Assembly (NCBI GenBank): GCA_038256525.1
Contig: JBBSKF010000003.1
Span: 2,516 to 66,515, forward strand
Direction of reading: 5' to 3'
DNA: 64,000 nt
Source of the DNA: Mycobacteriales bacterium
Lineage (GTDB): Bacteria > Actinomycetota > Actinomycetes > Mycobacteriales > SCTD01
Shown here: positions 42,419-51,688 of the stretch, in pieces
Layout: each line of letters starts with the position of its first letter
How positions within the stretch are numbered: position 1 is the first letter of the stretch
The notes under the pieces: model-generated
The model's database searches: none
The model's input: the letters and a program-made list of their open reading frames with translations, nothing else
What the model was told of the DNA's origin: nothing
Position numbers and translations under genes: made by a program

Positions 42419-43002
42419 CCGTCGCGGAGCCGATCGCCGCTGCGGAGCCGGCGGGGCGCCCGTCGCGCACCACTTTCGTGCAAGCGACGTCGGCCCTGCT
42501 GGTCGTCAGCGCCCTGCTGCTGGTCACCTTCGTTCACTACGGCCAGGTGCTCGAGGCGAGTATCAGTGCGGGATTGATCAACGCTCTGCAGATCTCGACG
42601 GCCTACGTCGTCGACACGTCGGTGATCTTCCTGCCCGGTCAGCGCTATGCCGGCTTCACGGTCAGTGCCGGATGCACAGCGACGCTTCTGGTGGTGCCGT
42701 TCTTCTTGATCACCGCCGGCCTGCTGTCGTTCAGCCGTTTCTCGCTCCGGCGGAGCCTGACTGCGCTGGGCGTGGTCACCCTGCTGATCTACGTGGCCAA
42801 TCAGGCCCGGCTGCTGCTCATCGCCGGTGTCATGCGGCTGTTCGGAGGTGAGCGCGGCTACGAGCTCAGCCACGTCTTCCTGGGCACCATCGTGAGCACC
42901 CTCGGCGTGCTGTTCGCGATCGTCGCGTTCGTGGCCATCCTCGTGGGCTGGCGGCCGGCCCGCGCAGGTCGCCGCGAGACCGAACTGAGCCCCGTTGGCT
43001 GA
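42415..43002 (+). CDS. exosortase/archaeosortase-family-like polytopic membrane protein
   Basis: Ordered motifs FTVSAGCTATLL (Cys), YVANQARLLLIAG (NxxR, 42 aa after the Cys) and ELSHVFLGT (His, 21 aa after the Arg), all within TM segments. Confidence 0.6.
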   Translation: MTVAEPIAAAEPAGRPSRTTFVQATSALLVVSALLLVTFVHYGQVLEASISAGLINALQISTAYVVDTSVIFLPGQRYAGFTVSAGCTATLLVVPFFLITAGLLSFSRFSLRRSLTALGVVTLLIYVANQARLLLIAGVMRLFGGERGYELSHVFLGTIVSTLGVLFAIVAFVAILVGWRPARAGRRETELSPVG

Positions 43003-44707
43003 CCTCGGCTTCGCCGCGGCGAACGGCCTGGCCTTCCTGCTGTGCGTTCTGTTCCTCGGCTACGTCTCGCTCATCTTCGTGCCCTACTTCCGGCACCGGC
43101 CGACCGCGGCCGGGAACCAGCACCTGTTCCAGTGGCACTTCCTCGTGCCGTGCATGGACGAGCAGGCGGTGGTCGAGAAGACCGTGCGCGGCTTGCTCGC
43201 GTCGTTCCCGGCAGCACACGTCTGGGCGGTGGACGACGCCTCCGAGGACACCACCCTCGCCATCCTGCGCCGGCTCGAGCGACAGGACTCCCGCGTGCAC
43301 ATCGTCGCGCGGACCGCACCCGAGGCCAGGCAGGGAAAGGGCGCCGCGCTCAATGCCGGCTGGCGCGCCATTGACGAGGCACTGCCCGCCGGTCAGCCAC
43401 GCGAGCGAGTCTTGATCAGTGTCGTCGATGCCGACGCAGTGCTCGACACCGATGCCCTGGCCATGGTCGCCGGTCCGACGTTCTTCGGCGACCACGAGGT
43501 CGGCGCGGTCCAGATCCAGGTCCGGGTCCGACCTGATCCCTTCCGCCCGATGAACGACCAGCCGTCGATCCCCCGGCGGCAACGGCTGCTGATCGCGCTG
43601 CAGGACCTCGAGTTCACCGGCCCGATCGCCGCCATGCAGATGCTCCGGAGCAAGACCGGCAGCGTGGCGATGGGTGGCAACGGCCAGTTCACCCGGCTGT
43701 CGGTGCTCAACGACGTCGCCGACCGGCACGGCACGCCCTGGCACGGCGCCCTGCTCGAGGACTTCGAGCTCGGCCTGCACGTCCTGCTGGCCGGTTCGCG
43801 TACGGCGTACTGCCACGACACCTCGGTGATCCAGGAAGGCGTTCCCCGCGTCGTGCCGCTGGTGCGCCAGCGCAGCCGATGGGCACAGGGCAGCATGCAG
43901 TGCCTCAGCTACCTGCGCGAGATCCTGCGCACGCGCCACCTGACCGCGGGTGGGACGCTCGAGATCGCCTACTTCCTGTTCTCGCCGTGGGTCCAGCTCG
44001 TCGGCGGTGTCGTCTACGCCACGCTCTTCTCCTCGGCCGCCTACTACGCCTTCACCGACCCCCTCGGGGTCGGGCACTGGTGGGGGGGTGGCGCCTGGGG
44101 CCTGGTGCCGCTGTTCCTGCTGTTCGGGGTCTCGCCCTTCCTCATCTGGGCCTTCATGTACCGCTCCCGGGTCCGTCCGGAGCTCAGCCTCTGGCGCGCG
44201 CTCGGGCTGGGGCTGGTCAACGCGCTCTACGTCTACTTCCACCAGGCGGCCACCTGGTGGGCGTTCTACCGCGTGATGACGGCACGCACCGACTGGAAGA
44301 AGACCGTCCGCTACTCCCAGCACGCCGTCGACGCCGCGCTCGACCTGCTGTTCCGGCCGCCCGCCCGCCCGCCCGGCGAGGCCCTGGCCCGCCTGCGCGG
44401 GAGTCGGGGCCCGGCGCCGTCTCGACCGCGCTCGGCGACGAGCGCCGCCGTCGCCTCTCAGTCCTCGCTCGCCCGGCTGCGCCGGGCGACCGTCACGCCA
44501 CTGCAATCACCTGTTACACAGCGTGACGAAAAGGCTCTTCGAGGTCTGCGCGGAGCGTCCCCTTCGCCCATGTCTGTCGTATTTGCGGGGGTTCACAAAC
44601 CCCAGGTGGATGCGCTACGGTACGACCCACTTTCGCCCCCCGCTCCACCCGTCCCATGGGTCCCGGACGCCGTCCGCGGTTCCGAACCTGTCACTGCGAG
44701 TCACTGA
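42995..44707 (+). CDS. membrane-bound processive GT2 glycosyltransferase (synthase-like)
   Basis: AVDDASEDTT, VVDADAVLD (DxD), QRSRWAQG (QxxRW), multiple C-terminal TM helices and a long Pro/Arg-rich tail. TTG start overlaps the previous gene by 8 nt. Confidence 0.8.
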   Translation: MADLGFAAANGLAFLLCVLFLGYVSLIFVPYFRHRPTAAGNQHLFQWHFLVPCMDEQAVVEKTVRGLLASFPAAHVWAVDDASEDTTLAILRRLERQDSRVHIVARTAPEARQGKGAALNAGWRAIDEALPAGQPRERVLISVVDADAVLDTDALAMVAGPTFFGDHEVGAVQIQVRVRPDPFRPMNDQPSIPRRQRLLIALQDLEFTGPIAAMQMLRSKTGSVAMGGNGQFTRLSVLNDVADRHGTPWHGALLEDFELGLHVLLAGSRTAYCHDTSVIQEGVPRVVPLVRQRSRWAQGSMQCLSYLREILRTRHLTAGGTLEIAYFLFSPWVQLVGGVVYATLFSSAAYYAFTDPLGVGHWWGGGAWGLVPLFLLFGVSPFLIWAFMYRSRVRPELSLWRALGLGLVNALYVYFHQAATWWAFYRVMTARTDWKKTVRYSQHAVDAALDLLFRPPARPPGEALARLRGSRGPAPSRPRSATSAAVASQSSLARLRRATVTPLQSPVTQRDEKALRGLRGASPSPMSVVFAGVHKPQVDALRYDPLSPPAPPVPWVPDAVRGSEPVTASH

Positions 44708-44717
44708 GGGAGCCTTC

Positions 44718-45497
44718 ATGGCCACGACCCGGAGCGCGCGAGTCCTCGCCGCCGGCTTCACTGCAAGTCTCATCCTGGTCTCCGCCTCGCCTGCCGCGGC
44801 ACAGGAGACCGGCACCGTCAACGGCAGTGCGTTCGGTGCCTCGATCAAGCTGGGCGGCGAGAACCTCCTGACGCCGACGCCACTCGTGAACCTGCCAGAG
44901 GACGGCACGTTCACAGAGGACGACACCGCCAACGTCGCCCTGCCTGGACTGCTCGACGCCCGCGTCCTTCGCGCCGAGACCGAAGGCGACCCGGAGACCG
45001 GAACGTCGACGGCGACTGGGGAGGTTGCCGACGTCGAGGTGCTGCCTGGACCGCTCGGAGCGACGCCGAGCTTGCTCAGCGCCGATGCCATCAGCGCCAC
45101 CTGCACGGTCGGACCCGATGGCGACGACTTTGTTGGCTCGGCGACCTTGGCCAACGTCGTGCTCAGCAACGGCACCGTGCTCGACGTCAGTCCTGGTGCA
45201 AATACTGACGCGGACCTTCTGGTGGCCGAGATCTTCCTGAACGAGCAGACGGACAACGGTGACGGCAGCTTCACCGTCAACGCCATTCGCATCGTCCTGC
45301 TCCCAGGCCTCGTGCCCAGCGATCGAGACGGCCTGGAGATCATCCTCGGCTCGGCGACCTGCGGCCCGAACAGCGCCGCGCCGCCGATCAACGCCATCCC
45401 GACCGCCGGTCTGCCGATCGCGGCCGGGATCGTCGCCGCCTTCGTTCTCGGCGTCGTCGTGATGCGCCGCCGCGAGATGGGTCCGTTCGCCGCCTGA
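44718..45497 (+). CDS. secreted protein (signal peptide, beta-rich 'LNEQ' domain) with C-terminal IPTAG + TM + RRR anchor signal
   Basis: MATTRSARVLAAGFTASLILVSASPAAAQE.. ..AEIFLNEQTDNG.. ..INAIPTAGLPIAAGIVAAFVLGVVVMRRREMGPFAA. Confidence 0.7.
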   Translation: MATTRSARVLAAGFTASLILVSASPAAAQETGTVNGSAFGASIKLGGENLLTPTPLVNLPEDGTFTEDDTANVALPGLLDARVLRAETEGDPETGTSTATGEVADVEVLPGPLGATPSLLSADAISATCTVGPDGDDFVGSATLANVVLSNGTVLDVSPGANTDADLLVAEIFLNEQTDNGDGSFTVNAIRIVLLPGLVPSDRDGLEIILGSATCGPNSAAPPINAIPTAGLPIAAGIVAAFVLGVVVMRRREMGPFAA

Positions 45498-45516
45498 CCT
45501 TGCAATGACGTTCTCG

Positions 45517-45555
45517 ACACCGCGGGCGAAGGGTTGGTGACTTCGCCCGCGGTGT
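45517..45555 (+). terminator. perfect 15-bp stem / 9-nt loop hairpin (intrinsic-terminator-like)
   Basis: ACACCGCGGGCGAAG-ggttggtga-CTTCGCCCGCGGTGT followed by TGTGT, 20 nt after the stop at 45497. Confidence 0.6.
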
Positions 45556-45583
45556 TGTGTCCAGGTGTGGCACGCTTGCGGTG

Positions 45584-47257
45584 ATGTCAGGAGGGCCTGC
45601 TGTGGAGCCGAGCGGGTCAGCGGGAGTGCCTGAGGTCGCTGGAGTGCCTGCCAACGCCGAGATCACCGCACTGCGGGCCGAGCTGGAGGCTCTGCGCGGC
45701 CAGGTGGGTGCCGCCCTCCAGACCGGACTCGAGCGGGTTGCGGCCCGCACCGAAGCACGCCTGGACGACGTGATGGACACCCTGGGCGGCCGGCTGAGCG
45801 CCCGACTGGACGCGGCGGCGGCCGATCTCCGGCGCACCCTGAATGCCGCGCTCGAGGTCCAGGTCGACACCGCGGCCGTCACCCAGGCTGCAACGGCAGA
45901 CACCCGGTCAGCCCTCGAGTCACGGGCGGTGGTCATCGAGACGGCTGTGACCGCGCTGGCCGAGCGGGTCGAGAGCCTCAACCGCGAAGGGGCCGAGGGC
46001 GCCCGCCAGCAGGTACGTGCGCTGGCCGCCGACCTCGCGACCTTGCGGCAGTGGGTCGACCCGGTCGAGAACCGGCGGTTGCGCGCTGAGGCGCAGGGTC
46101 GGGTGGAGAATGCACTGGTCAGCCGGGACCAGCGGCTGCTCGGCACGGTGTCCGACCTGCTGACCGCCGTGACCTCCGAGCGGGTGGCCACGCAGGCGCG
46201 GCTGCTGCAGCTCGAGGACGCGACGTCCCGGGTGCTGGACGCGCTGCTGACCCTTGATGAGAGGGGCGCCTCGCGCGCCGCTACCAGTGCTGCGCAGGTG
46301 GACGCCCTGCTCGCCGGCACGCAGGACCGCGTCGATGCGGTCCGCGCGGACGTGCGCAGCCAGCTCGCTCAGATCCGCGAGGAGCTGAGCTCCGAGCTGG
46401 GCACCCTGCGCTCGGAGCTGCACCAGGTGTCCGCCAACAGCGCGGCCGCAGGCCTTGCCGTCGAGACCCTGCCCATCCGCCTGGAGCAGGCCCTCAGCCG
46501 GGCCCAGGGCGCGATCATGATCGATTCCGCGCCAGCCGGCCAGAGCGGCCGTACGGCCCTGCTGCAGCTGCTCGCCGAGCACCGCGACGAGGTCACCACG
46601 CGCATGGACGAGTTCGCCGCGCTGGTCACCGAGACCGGAGCCTCCACGGGAGAGGCGCTCCAGGCTGTCGCGGAGCAGGTCCGCCGTGTCTCGAGTGGCC
46701 AATCCGCCGTTCCCGCCGAGCCGGGCACCCCTGTGCCGGTCGCCGAGACACCGCTCCAGCAACCTGTCACGCCGCGCAAGAAGAAGGCCGCTGCAAAGAC
46801 GGGCGCAGCCCGCGCGGCTCCCGCCAAGCCCCGCCGGGCGGCCGCGACGGGCAGCGACGCGGACTCTGCTGTCACCCCACGACGCCCCCGCGCCTCGACC
46901 TCGACCCCGGCCTCGACCTCGGCCCCGACCAGGTCGACCTCGGTCAGGCAGGACGGCGTGACCGCCCCACGCCGCACAACGCCGACCAAGCGCGCCACGG
47001 CGGCGGGAACAGCCAAGCCTGGTGCGCCGAGCACCGCGAAGGCGCGGCCGCTGTCCGAACAGACGAGTGAACCGGCTCAGCCGGTCCGCCCGGTGGCACC
47101 ACGCCGGGCCACACCGGTTGCGGCGGCACGCCGGCAGGTCAAGGCTGTCGCGGCCTATGCGCCGGAGCCCTCTTCGACCGACACCGCAGCCCAGGCCCGC
47201 GCCGAGGCCGAGCAGATCGAACCGGTGCGCCGGCTGTTCGCCCGCCGGCGCCTCTGA
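45584..47257 (+). CDS. hypothetical long helical Ala/Arg/Glu-rich protein with basic Pro/Ala/Thr-rich C-terminal tail
   Basis: High GC3. The start is ATG 45584, or GTG 45602 preceded by AGGAGG. The track start at 45557 lies inside the terminator hairpin. Confidence 0.5.
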   Translation: MSGGPAVEPSGSAGVPEVAGVPANAEITALRAELEALRGQVGAALQTGLERVAARTEARLDDVMDTLGGRLSARLDAAAADLRRTLNAALEVQVDTAAVTQAATADTRSALESRAVVIETAVTALAERVESLNREGAEGARQQVRALAADLATLRQWVDPVENRRLRAEAQGRVENALVSRDQRLLGTVSDLLTAVTSERVATQARLLQLEDATSRVLDALLTLDERGASRAATSAAQVDALLAGTQDRVDAVRADVRSQLAQIREELSSELGTLRSELHQVSANSAAAGLAVETLPIRLEQALSRAQGAIMIDSAPAGQSGRTALLQLLAEHRDEVTTRMDEFAALVTETGASTGEALQAVAEQVRRVSSGQSAVPAEPGTPVPVAETPLQQPVTPRKKKAAAKTGAARAAPAKPRRAAATGSDADSAVTPRRPRASTSTPASTSAPTRSTSVRQDGVTAPRRTTPTKRATAAGTAKPGAPSTAKARPLSEQTSEPAQPVRPVAPRRATPVAAARRQVKAVAAYAPEPSSTDTAAQARAEAEQIEPVRRLFARRRL

Positions 47258-47268
47258 ACAGGAGCCAG

Positions 47269-48312
47269 GTGCCGAACGACGCCGTAGGGAGCAGCGCGGA
47301 CGAGCAGGCACTCGCCCGGCTGCGCGGTGTCGGAGCCGAGCCACCTTCACCCGCCGCCCCAGCGGCCGACCCGCCTCGGCCGGAACCACCCCCGGCCGTC
47401 CTCGAGCCCACCAGTGCCGCTACCGGCCCCGCCACCGGTGCCGCGCCCCGGCCGGCGTCCGCCGCACGCCTGCGCCGCGCGCTGGGCAACGTCGCCGGCA
47501 TGGTCGCGCTCATCGTTGCCGTTGCCGCTGGAACGCTCACCGCCTTCGCCGAGCAGGCGCCTGCCGGTGTGCCGGTCTCCGACCAGCCGATCGGCAGCTG
47601 CTTTCGTGCGCTGGATCCCTATGAGCTCGTCGCGATCCCCAGCGACTCGAGCCTGCCCGTTCCGTGCACACAACCGCACGAGACCGAGTCGATGTGGACG
47701 ATCGAGCTGACCGGACCGATCGCGGCAGCCAGGGTTCGCCCCAACGGTCAGCTGCTGAACCAGCAGTCGGGCGGCAGGTGCTTCGACTACGCACGCACCA
47801 GGGCCTATGTCGGCGCCGGGCCGTCGGACAACGTCGGGGGGGTCAACGCGGTGTCGCGCTTCCCGACAGCTGCCCAGTGGGCCGCCGGGGTGCGGGACGT
47901 GGTCTGCCAGGGATCGGCGGGTCTTCGGCCGCCGACCGGTCCCACCACCGACTTCCCCCTGGCCGGCGTCATGAGCCGGGCGGAGTCGGTGCGCTTTCGG
48001 CTCTGCCGCGCCAATCGCACCGAGCTGACCTGCGACCGGCCCCACACGTCCGAGGCGACCAGCCCGGACGTGATCCTGCCGGCGGGACCGTTTCCCGGCG
48101 CTGTCGCCGGGACCTCGTTGGCCGTGACGGCCTGCCGCCCGGTGGTCGAGGCCTACCTGGAGGCTCCGCTCGCCTCCCGACCGGACCTGGCCATCCTGGT
48201 CGATGGCCCCCGGGAGCGGGCGTGGGCTGAGGGAAACCGATCGGTCAACTGCTCCATCGCCTACGTCGACGGGCGCACGACGACGACCACGCTTCGGGGT
48301 GGTCTCCCATGA
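47269..48312 (+). CDS. septum-formation-family membrane protein
   Basis: Pro-rich N-terminus, one TM, then repeated C..(x)..C.QPHE.E patterns (GSCFRAL..PCTQPHETE; RLCRAN..LTCDRPHTSE). Confidence 0.55.
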   Translation: MPNDAVGSSADEQALARLRGVGAEPPSPAAPAADPPRPEPPPAVLEPTSAATGPATGAAPRPASAARLRRALGNVAGMVALIVAVAAGTLTAFAEQAPAGVPVSDQPIGSCFRALDPYELVAIPSDSSLPVPCTQPHETESMWTIELTGPIAAARVRPNGQLLNQQSGGRCFDYARTRAYVGAGPSDNVGGVNAVSRFPTAAQWAAGVRDVVCQGSAGLRPPTGPTTDFPLAGVMSRAESVRFRLCRANRTELTCDRPHTSEATSPDVILPAGPFPGAVAGTSLAVTACRPVVEAYLEAPLASRPDLAILVDGPRERAWAEGNRSVNCSIAYVDGRTTTTTLRGGLP

Positions 48313-49811
48313 CGATGACCGAGGCTCCCGCGGCCCGGCCGGTCCCGCCGGAGACAGCGCCGCCCGTCGGGCCGGGCCACGGCCGGAAGCTGGTCGTTGC
48401 CGCGATCGTGACAGGCGTGGTCTGGACCGGCATCGTGCTGGCCCGGCTGTTCGTCGGCGGCGCGATCGGCATGGGGGACCAGGGCGACGGCCGCCGGTTG
48501 ATGTGTCAGCTCGGCGTCCGCAGCAACGCACCGTTCGACGCGAACCCGTCGGCGTTCCTCTACCCGACCTATGTCCCGCACACCTGGTACGGCGAGGCGT
48601 GCGCCGACTCGGCGGGGGGCATCTACCGTACGTCGGAGATCGCCCTGCTGTCGCTGGCCAAGATTCTGACGCCGGTGCTGGGCCTGCCTGGGGCGCTGGA
48701 CCTGCGTGCCCTCGGAGTGATCTTCGCGGTGTTCACCGGTCTGTGCGTGGGTGCACTGGTGTTGGCCCTGCCTGGCGTGCTCCTCCTGCGGGTCGGCGTT
48801 GCGTCGCTGGTCGGACTGCTCGCCGCAGACAGCGCCGTCGCCCAGTACTTCATCTCCCCGTACAGCGAAGCCGCCGGGCTGATCGCGCTGATCGCCCTCT
48901 GTCCGGCGCTGCTGCTGCTGTGGCGACGGGGTCACACCACCTGGCCGACACTGGCGGCCGTCGGCTTCCTGTCGGCGGTGGCGCTCGGGGCGAAGACGCA
49001 GACCGCGGGGCTGCTGCCGGCGCTGCTGGTGGCGATTCTCTGGCTGCCGCACCGCCGCGGTGGGCCCTGGGCCGTGACGCGGATCCCCGGCCTCACGCTC
49101 AGCGCCCTGCTGGTCTGCCTCGTAGCGTATTTCGCGGCAACCAGTCCGGTCGGCCTCGCACAGCAGAACGTCTACGGTCAGGTCTTCGGGACCATCCTGC
49201 CCAACAGCCCGGACCCGGCGGCCGACCTTCGCAGCCTGGGTGCCGACCCGTCGCTCGCCGACGCGTCGGGGACCAGCCCGGAGAGTCCTGGTGCGGCCTC
49301 GCAGCGCCTGGAATACCTGACGTTCCGCGAGGAGGTCACCACCTCCAGCTATGTCCGCTTCTACCTGACGCACCCGGACCGGCTGGTGTCCCTCGGCGGG
49401 ATCGGCCTGCAGGGGGTGGCGCGCTGGCGGCAGGACTACCTGGGCAGCTACCTGCCCGACTCGGGTCAGAAGCCGCTGGCCATCGAGAGCCGCGTCGACG
49501 TCTACGGCTCCATGTTCCGGGACGCCTTCTCGCTGGTGATCGTCCTGTTCTGGCTGGGCCTGCTCTACGTCGGTGTCCGCACTGCCCGTGACCGTCGGCT
49601 CTCGACGCCGGAGCAGAACCTCGGCCGGTTGTCGGTCTTCCTCGCCGCCGGGTCGCTGTCCCAGTTCTGGACGGTGCTGATCTTCAACGGCTTCCCCGAC
49701 CTGTTCAAGCAATTGATCTTCACGAACCTCTTGCTGGCCCTTGGCGTGCCGGTGATGGTGGCCTGCGTCGCTGTACGCAGCAGGGCTTTCCGGCAGCGGT
49801 CTAGGGCGTGA
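48309..49811 (+). CDS. polytopic integral membrane protein (hypothetical, possibly GT-C-like)
   Basis: 500 aa with more than 9 hydrophobic segments. 4-nt overlap with the upstream gene. No diagnostic motif was recognised. Confidence 0.5.
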   Translation: MTMTEAPAARPVPPETAPPVGPGHGRKLVVAAIVTGVVWTGIVLARLFVGGAIGMGDQGDGRRLMCQLGVRSNAPFDANPSAFLYPTYVPHTWYGEACADSAGGIYRTSEIALLSLAKILTPVLGLPGALDLRALGVIFAVFTGLCVGALVLALPGVLLLRVGVASLVGLLAADSAVAQYFISPYSEAAGLIALIALCPALLLLWRRGHTTWPTLAAVGFLSAVALGAKTQTAGLLPALLVAILWLPHRRGGPWAVTRIPGLTLSALLVCLVAYFAATSPVGLAQQNVYGQVFGTILPNSPDPAADLRSLGADPSLADASGTSPESPGAASQRLEYLTFREEVTTSSYVRFYLTHPDRLVSLGGIGLQGVARWRQDYLGSYLPDSGQKPLAIESRVDVYGSMFRDAFSLVIVLFWLGLLYVGVRTARDRRLSTPEQNLGRLSVFLAAGSLSQFWTVLIFNGFPDLFKQLIFTNLLLALGVPVMVACVAVRSRAFRQRSRA

Positions 49812-50073
49812 GCTTGTGCTGGCGGCAGAAGTCGACAGCCGCCCTCGCCACGACCGAAGCCGGGGTGGCACCGGCGTCGCGGTGATCTGCCAGCAGCCGC
49901 CGGGCGACCTCCGGCGCGTCCAGGCTGCCGATCTCGCGCAGGTGCTCCCAGGCATACAACGCGAGTTCGCGGGCGGTCTCCTCCGGCAGGCCCGGGTCGC
50001 TCGCCCGGGCCTGGGCCGCAACCGTCTCCGCGTCATAGCCCCCGCTGCCGGCCTGCCCGGAACCACCGATCAT
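49801..50073 (-). CDS. hypothetical protein (90 aa)
   Basis: MIGGSGQAGSGGYDAETVAAQARASDPGLPEETARELALYAWEHLREIGS.. High GC3. The upstream part of the track ORF was rejected. Confidence 0.45.
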   Translation of the reverse strand: MIGGSGQAGSGGYDAETVAAQARASDPGLPEETARELALYAWEHLREIGSLDAPEVARRLLADHRDAGATPASVVARAAVDFCRQHKLTP

Positions 50074-50137
50074 GCTCACGGGTATGACGCTAGGCGGTGG
50101 ACGGCCCAGCCTCGACGCAGGGGTAGCGTCTGGAGCT

Positions 50138-50575
50138 GTGAGCCAGGTCCCGCCGGACGGTGAGAAGCTGCCCCTGCACGCGGCAGCGGTGGCAGATCGC
50201 CGCGGACTGACAGCGACGGGCGCTGTCGCGACGGCTCTGCTGCTCGGCCTGGCCGGCGGCACGTTCGACGTCGTGACCGGCCCGGGTCTGCGCGCAGTCT
50301 TCGCGGTCGCCTTCGTCGTGGGCTGCGCGCTCGCTGCACTGCTGGTGCACCGGGAAGACTTGGTCGCTGCGGTCGTGATGCCGCCGCTGGTCTACGTGGT
50401 CCTGGCCTTCTTCGGGGCCGCCGTGGAGCGCCGAGCGGGCGCCGGCTCGTTCCTCACCCAGCAGGCGATCGAGATGGCCGGCTCACTCCTGCTCGGGGCT
50501 CCCGTCCTGCTGACCGCAACCGGCGTGGCCCTGGTCATCGCCCTCGTCCGGGCGGTGTCAGGCCGGCGGAGCTGA
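50138..50575 (+). CDS. integral membrane protein (hypothetical)
   Basis: Four hydrophobic segments. GTG 50138 was preferred over ATG 50072, which would overlap the divergent start. Confidence 0.5.
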   Translation: MSQVPPDGEKLPLHAAAVADRRGLTATGAVATALLLGLAGGTFDVVTGPGLRAVFAVAFVVGCALAALLVHREDLVAAVVMPPLVYVVLAFFGAAVERRAGAGSFLTQQAIEMAGSLLLGAPVLLTATGVALVIALVRAVSGRRS

Positions 50576-50584
50576 GCAAGCAGG

Positions 50585-51577
50585 TCAGGACACCGAGATC
50601 CCGCGCACACGCAGATCGCGGCGCAACTCCGGCGGTAGTGCGAACTGCAGGCTCTCGCGCGCCGACTCGACCTCGACGACGTCGTCGAAGCCACGCGCGG
50701 CGAGCCACTCCATCACCGAATCGACAAGTGACTCGGGCACCGAGGCGCCGCTGGTCAGGCCCACCGTCGACACGCCGTCGAGCCACGCCTCCTCGATCTC
50801 GGAGGCATCGTCGACGAGGTGGGACGCGCCGGCTCCAGCCTCCAACGCGACCTCGACCAGGCGCACGGAGTTGGAGGAGTTGCGGGACCCGACGACGAGC
50901 ACCAGATCCGCACCTACTGCGATCTCCTTGACGGCGATCTGGCGGTTCGACGTGGCGTAGCAGATGTCGGCCGAGGGCGGCCCCTGCAGCAACGGGAAGC
51001 GCTGGCGAAGCGCATCGACCGTGAGGTTGGTCTCGTCCACCGACAAGGTCGTCTGCGACAGGTAGGCGACCTTCGCCGGGTCGCGGACCTGCACCTGAGC
51101 GGCCTCCTCGACGCCGTCGACGAGGTGCATGTGCTCCGGCGCCTGACCGGTGGTGCCGACCACCTCCTCATGCCCCTCGTGACCGATCAGCACGATGTCG
51201 AGGTCGTCGGCCGCGAAACGCTTGGCCTCCAGGTGCACCTTCGTGACGAGCGGGCAGGTGGCGTCGATCGTCTTGAGGGTGCGCGCCTTCGCCTCGGCAT
51301 GCACCGTCGGAGCGACGCCGTGGGCCGAGAAGACCACCGTGGCACCCTCCGGCACCTGCTCGGTCTCCTCGACGAACACGGCGCCCTGCGCCTCCAGTGT
51401 GCGCACCACGTGAGCGTTGTGCACGATCTGCTTCCGCACGTAGACCGGCGGACCGTACGCCTCGAGCGCCTTCTCGACGGTGAGCACCGCACGGTCCACG
51501 CCCGCGCAGTAGCCGCGCGGTTTGGCCACCAGCACCCGCCGTCGGCTCCCGCCGGACGGGGCTTGCGCGGGCGTCAT
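50585..51577 (-). CDS. ispH: 4-hydroxy-3-methylbut-2-enyl diphosphate reductase
   Basis: [35 protein letters not shown].. Confidence 0.9.
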   Translation of the reverse strand: MTPAQAPSGGSRRRVLVAKPRGYCAGVDRAVLTVEKALEAYGPPVYVRKQIVHNAHVVRTLEAQGAVFVEETEQVPEGATVVFSAHGVAPTVHAEAKARTLKTIDATCPLVTKVHLEAKRFAADDLDIVLIGHEGHEEVVGTTGQAPEHMHLVDGVEEAAQVQVRDPAKVAYLSQTTLSVDETNLTVDALRQRFPLLQGPPSADICYATSNRQIAVKEIAVGADLVLVVGSRNSSNSVRLVEVALEAGAGASHLVDDASEIEEAWLDGVSTVGLTSGASVPESLVDSVMEWLAARGFDDVVEVESARESLQFALPPELRRDLRVRGISVS

Positions 51578-51688
51578 CACGGGAACCAGCCTACGTCCTG
51601 CCACGGCGTGTGGAGCCGAACGGGTTCGGGCACGCTGAGGGTCGGGTGACGATGTCACCTGCAACCCTGCCGTTGGAGGCCTTGCGAC

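Noticed and set aside
48261-50066. 601-aa minus-strand ORF (also 45920-47389 and 14220-15719 minus, and 39708-42083 upstream of 40775)
   Set aside because: These are mirror-frame artefacts opposite better-supported genes. Their composition is dominated by Arg/Gly/Pro/Asp.
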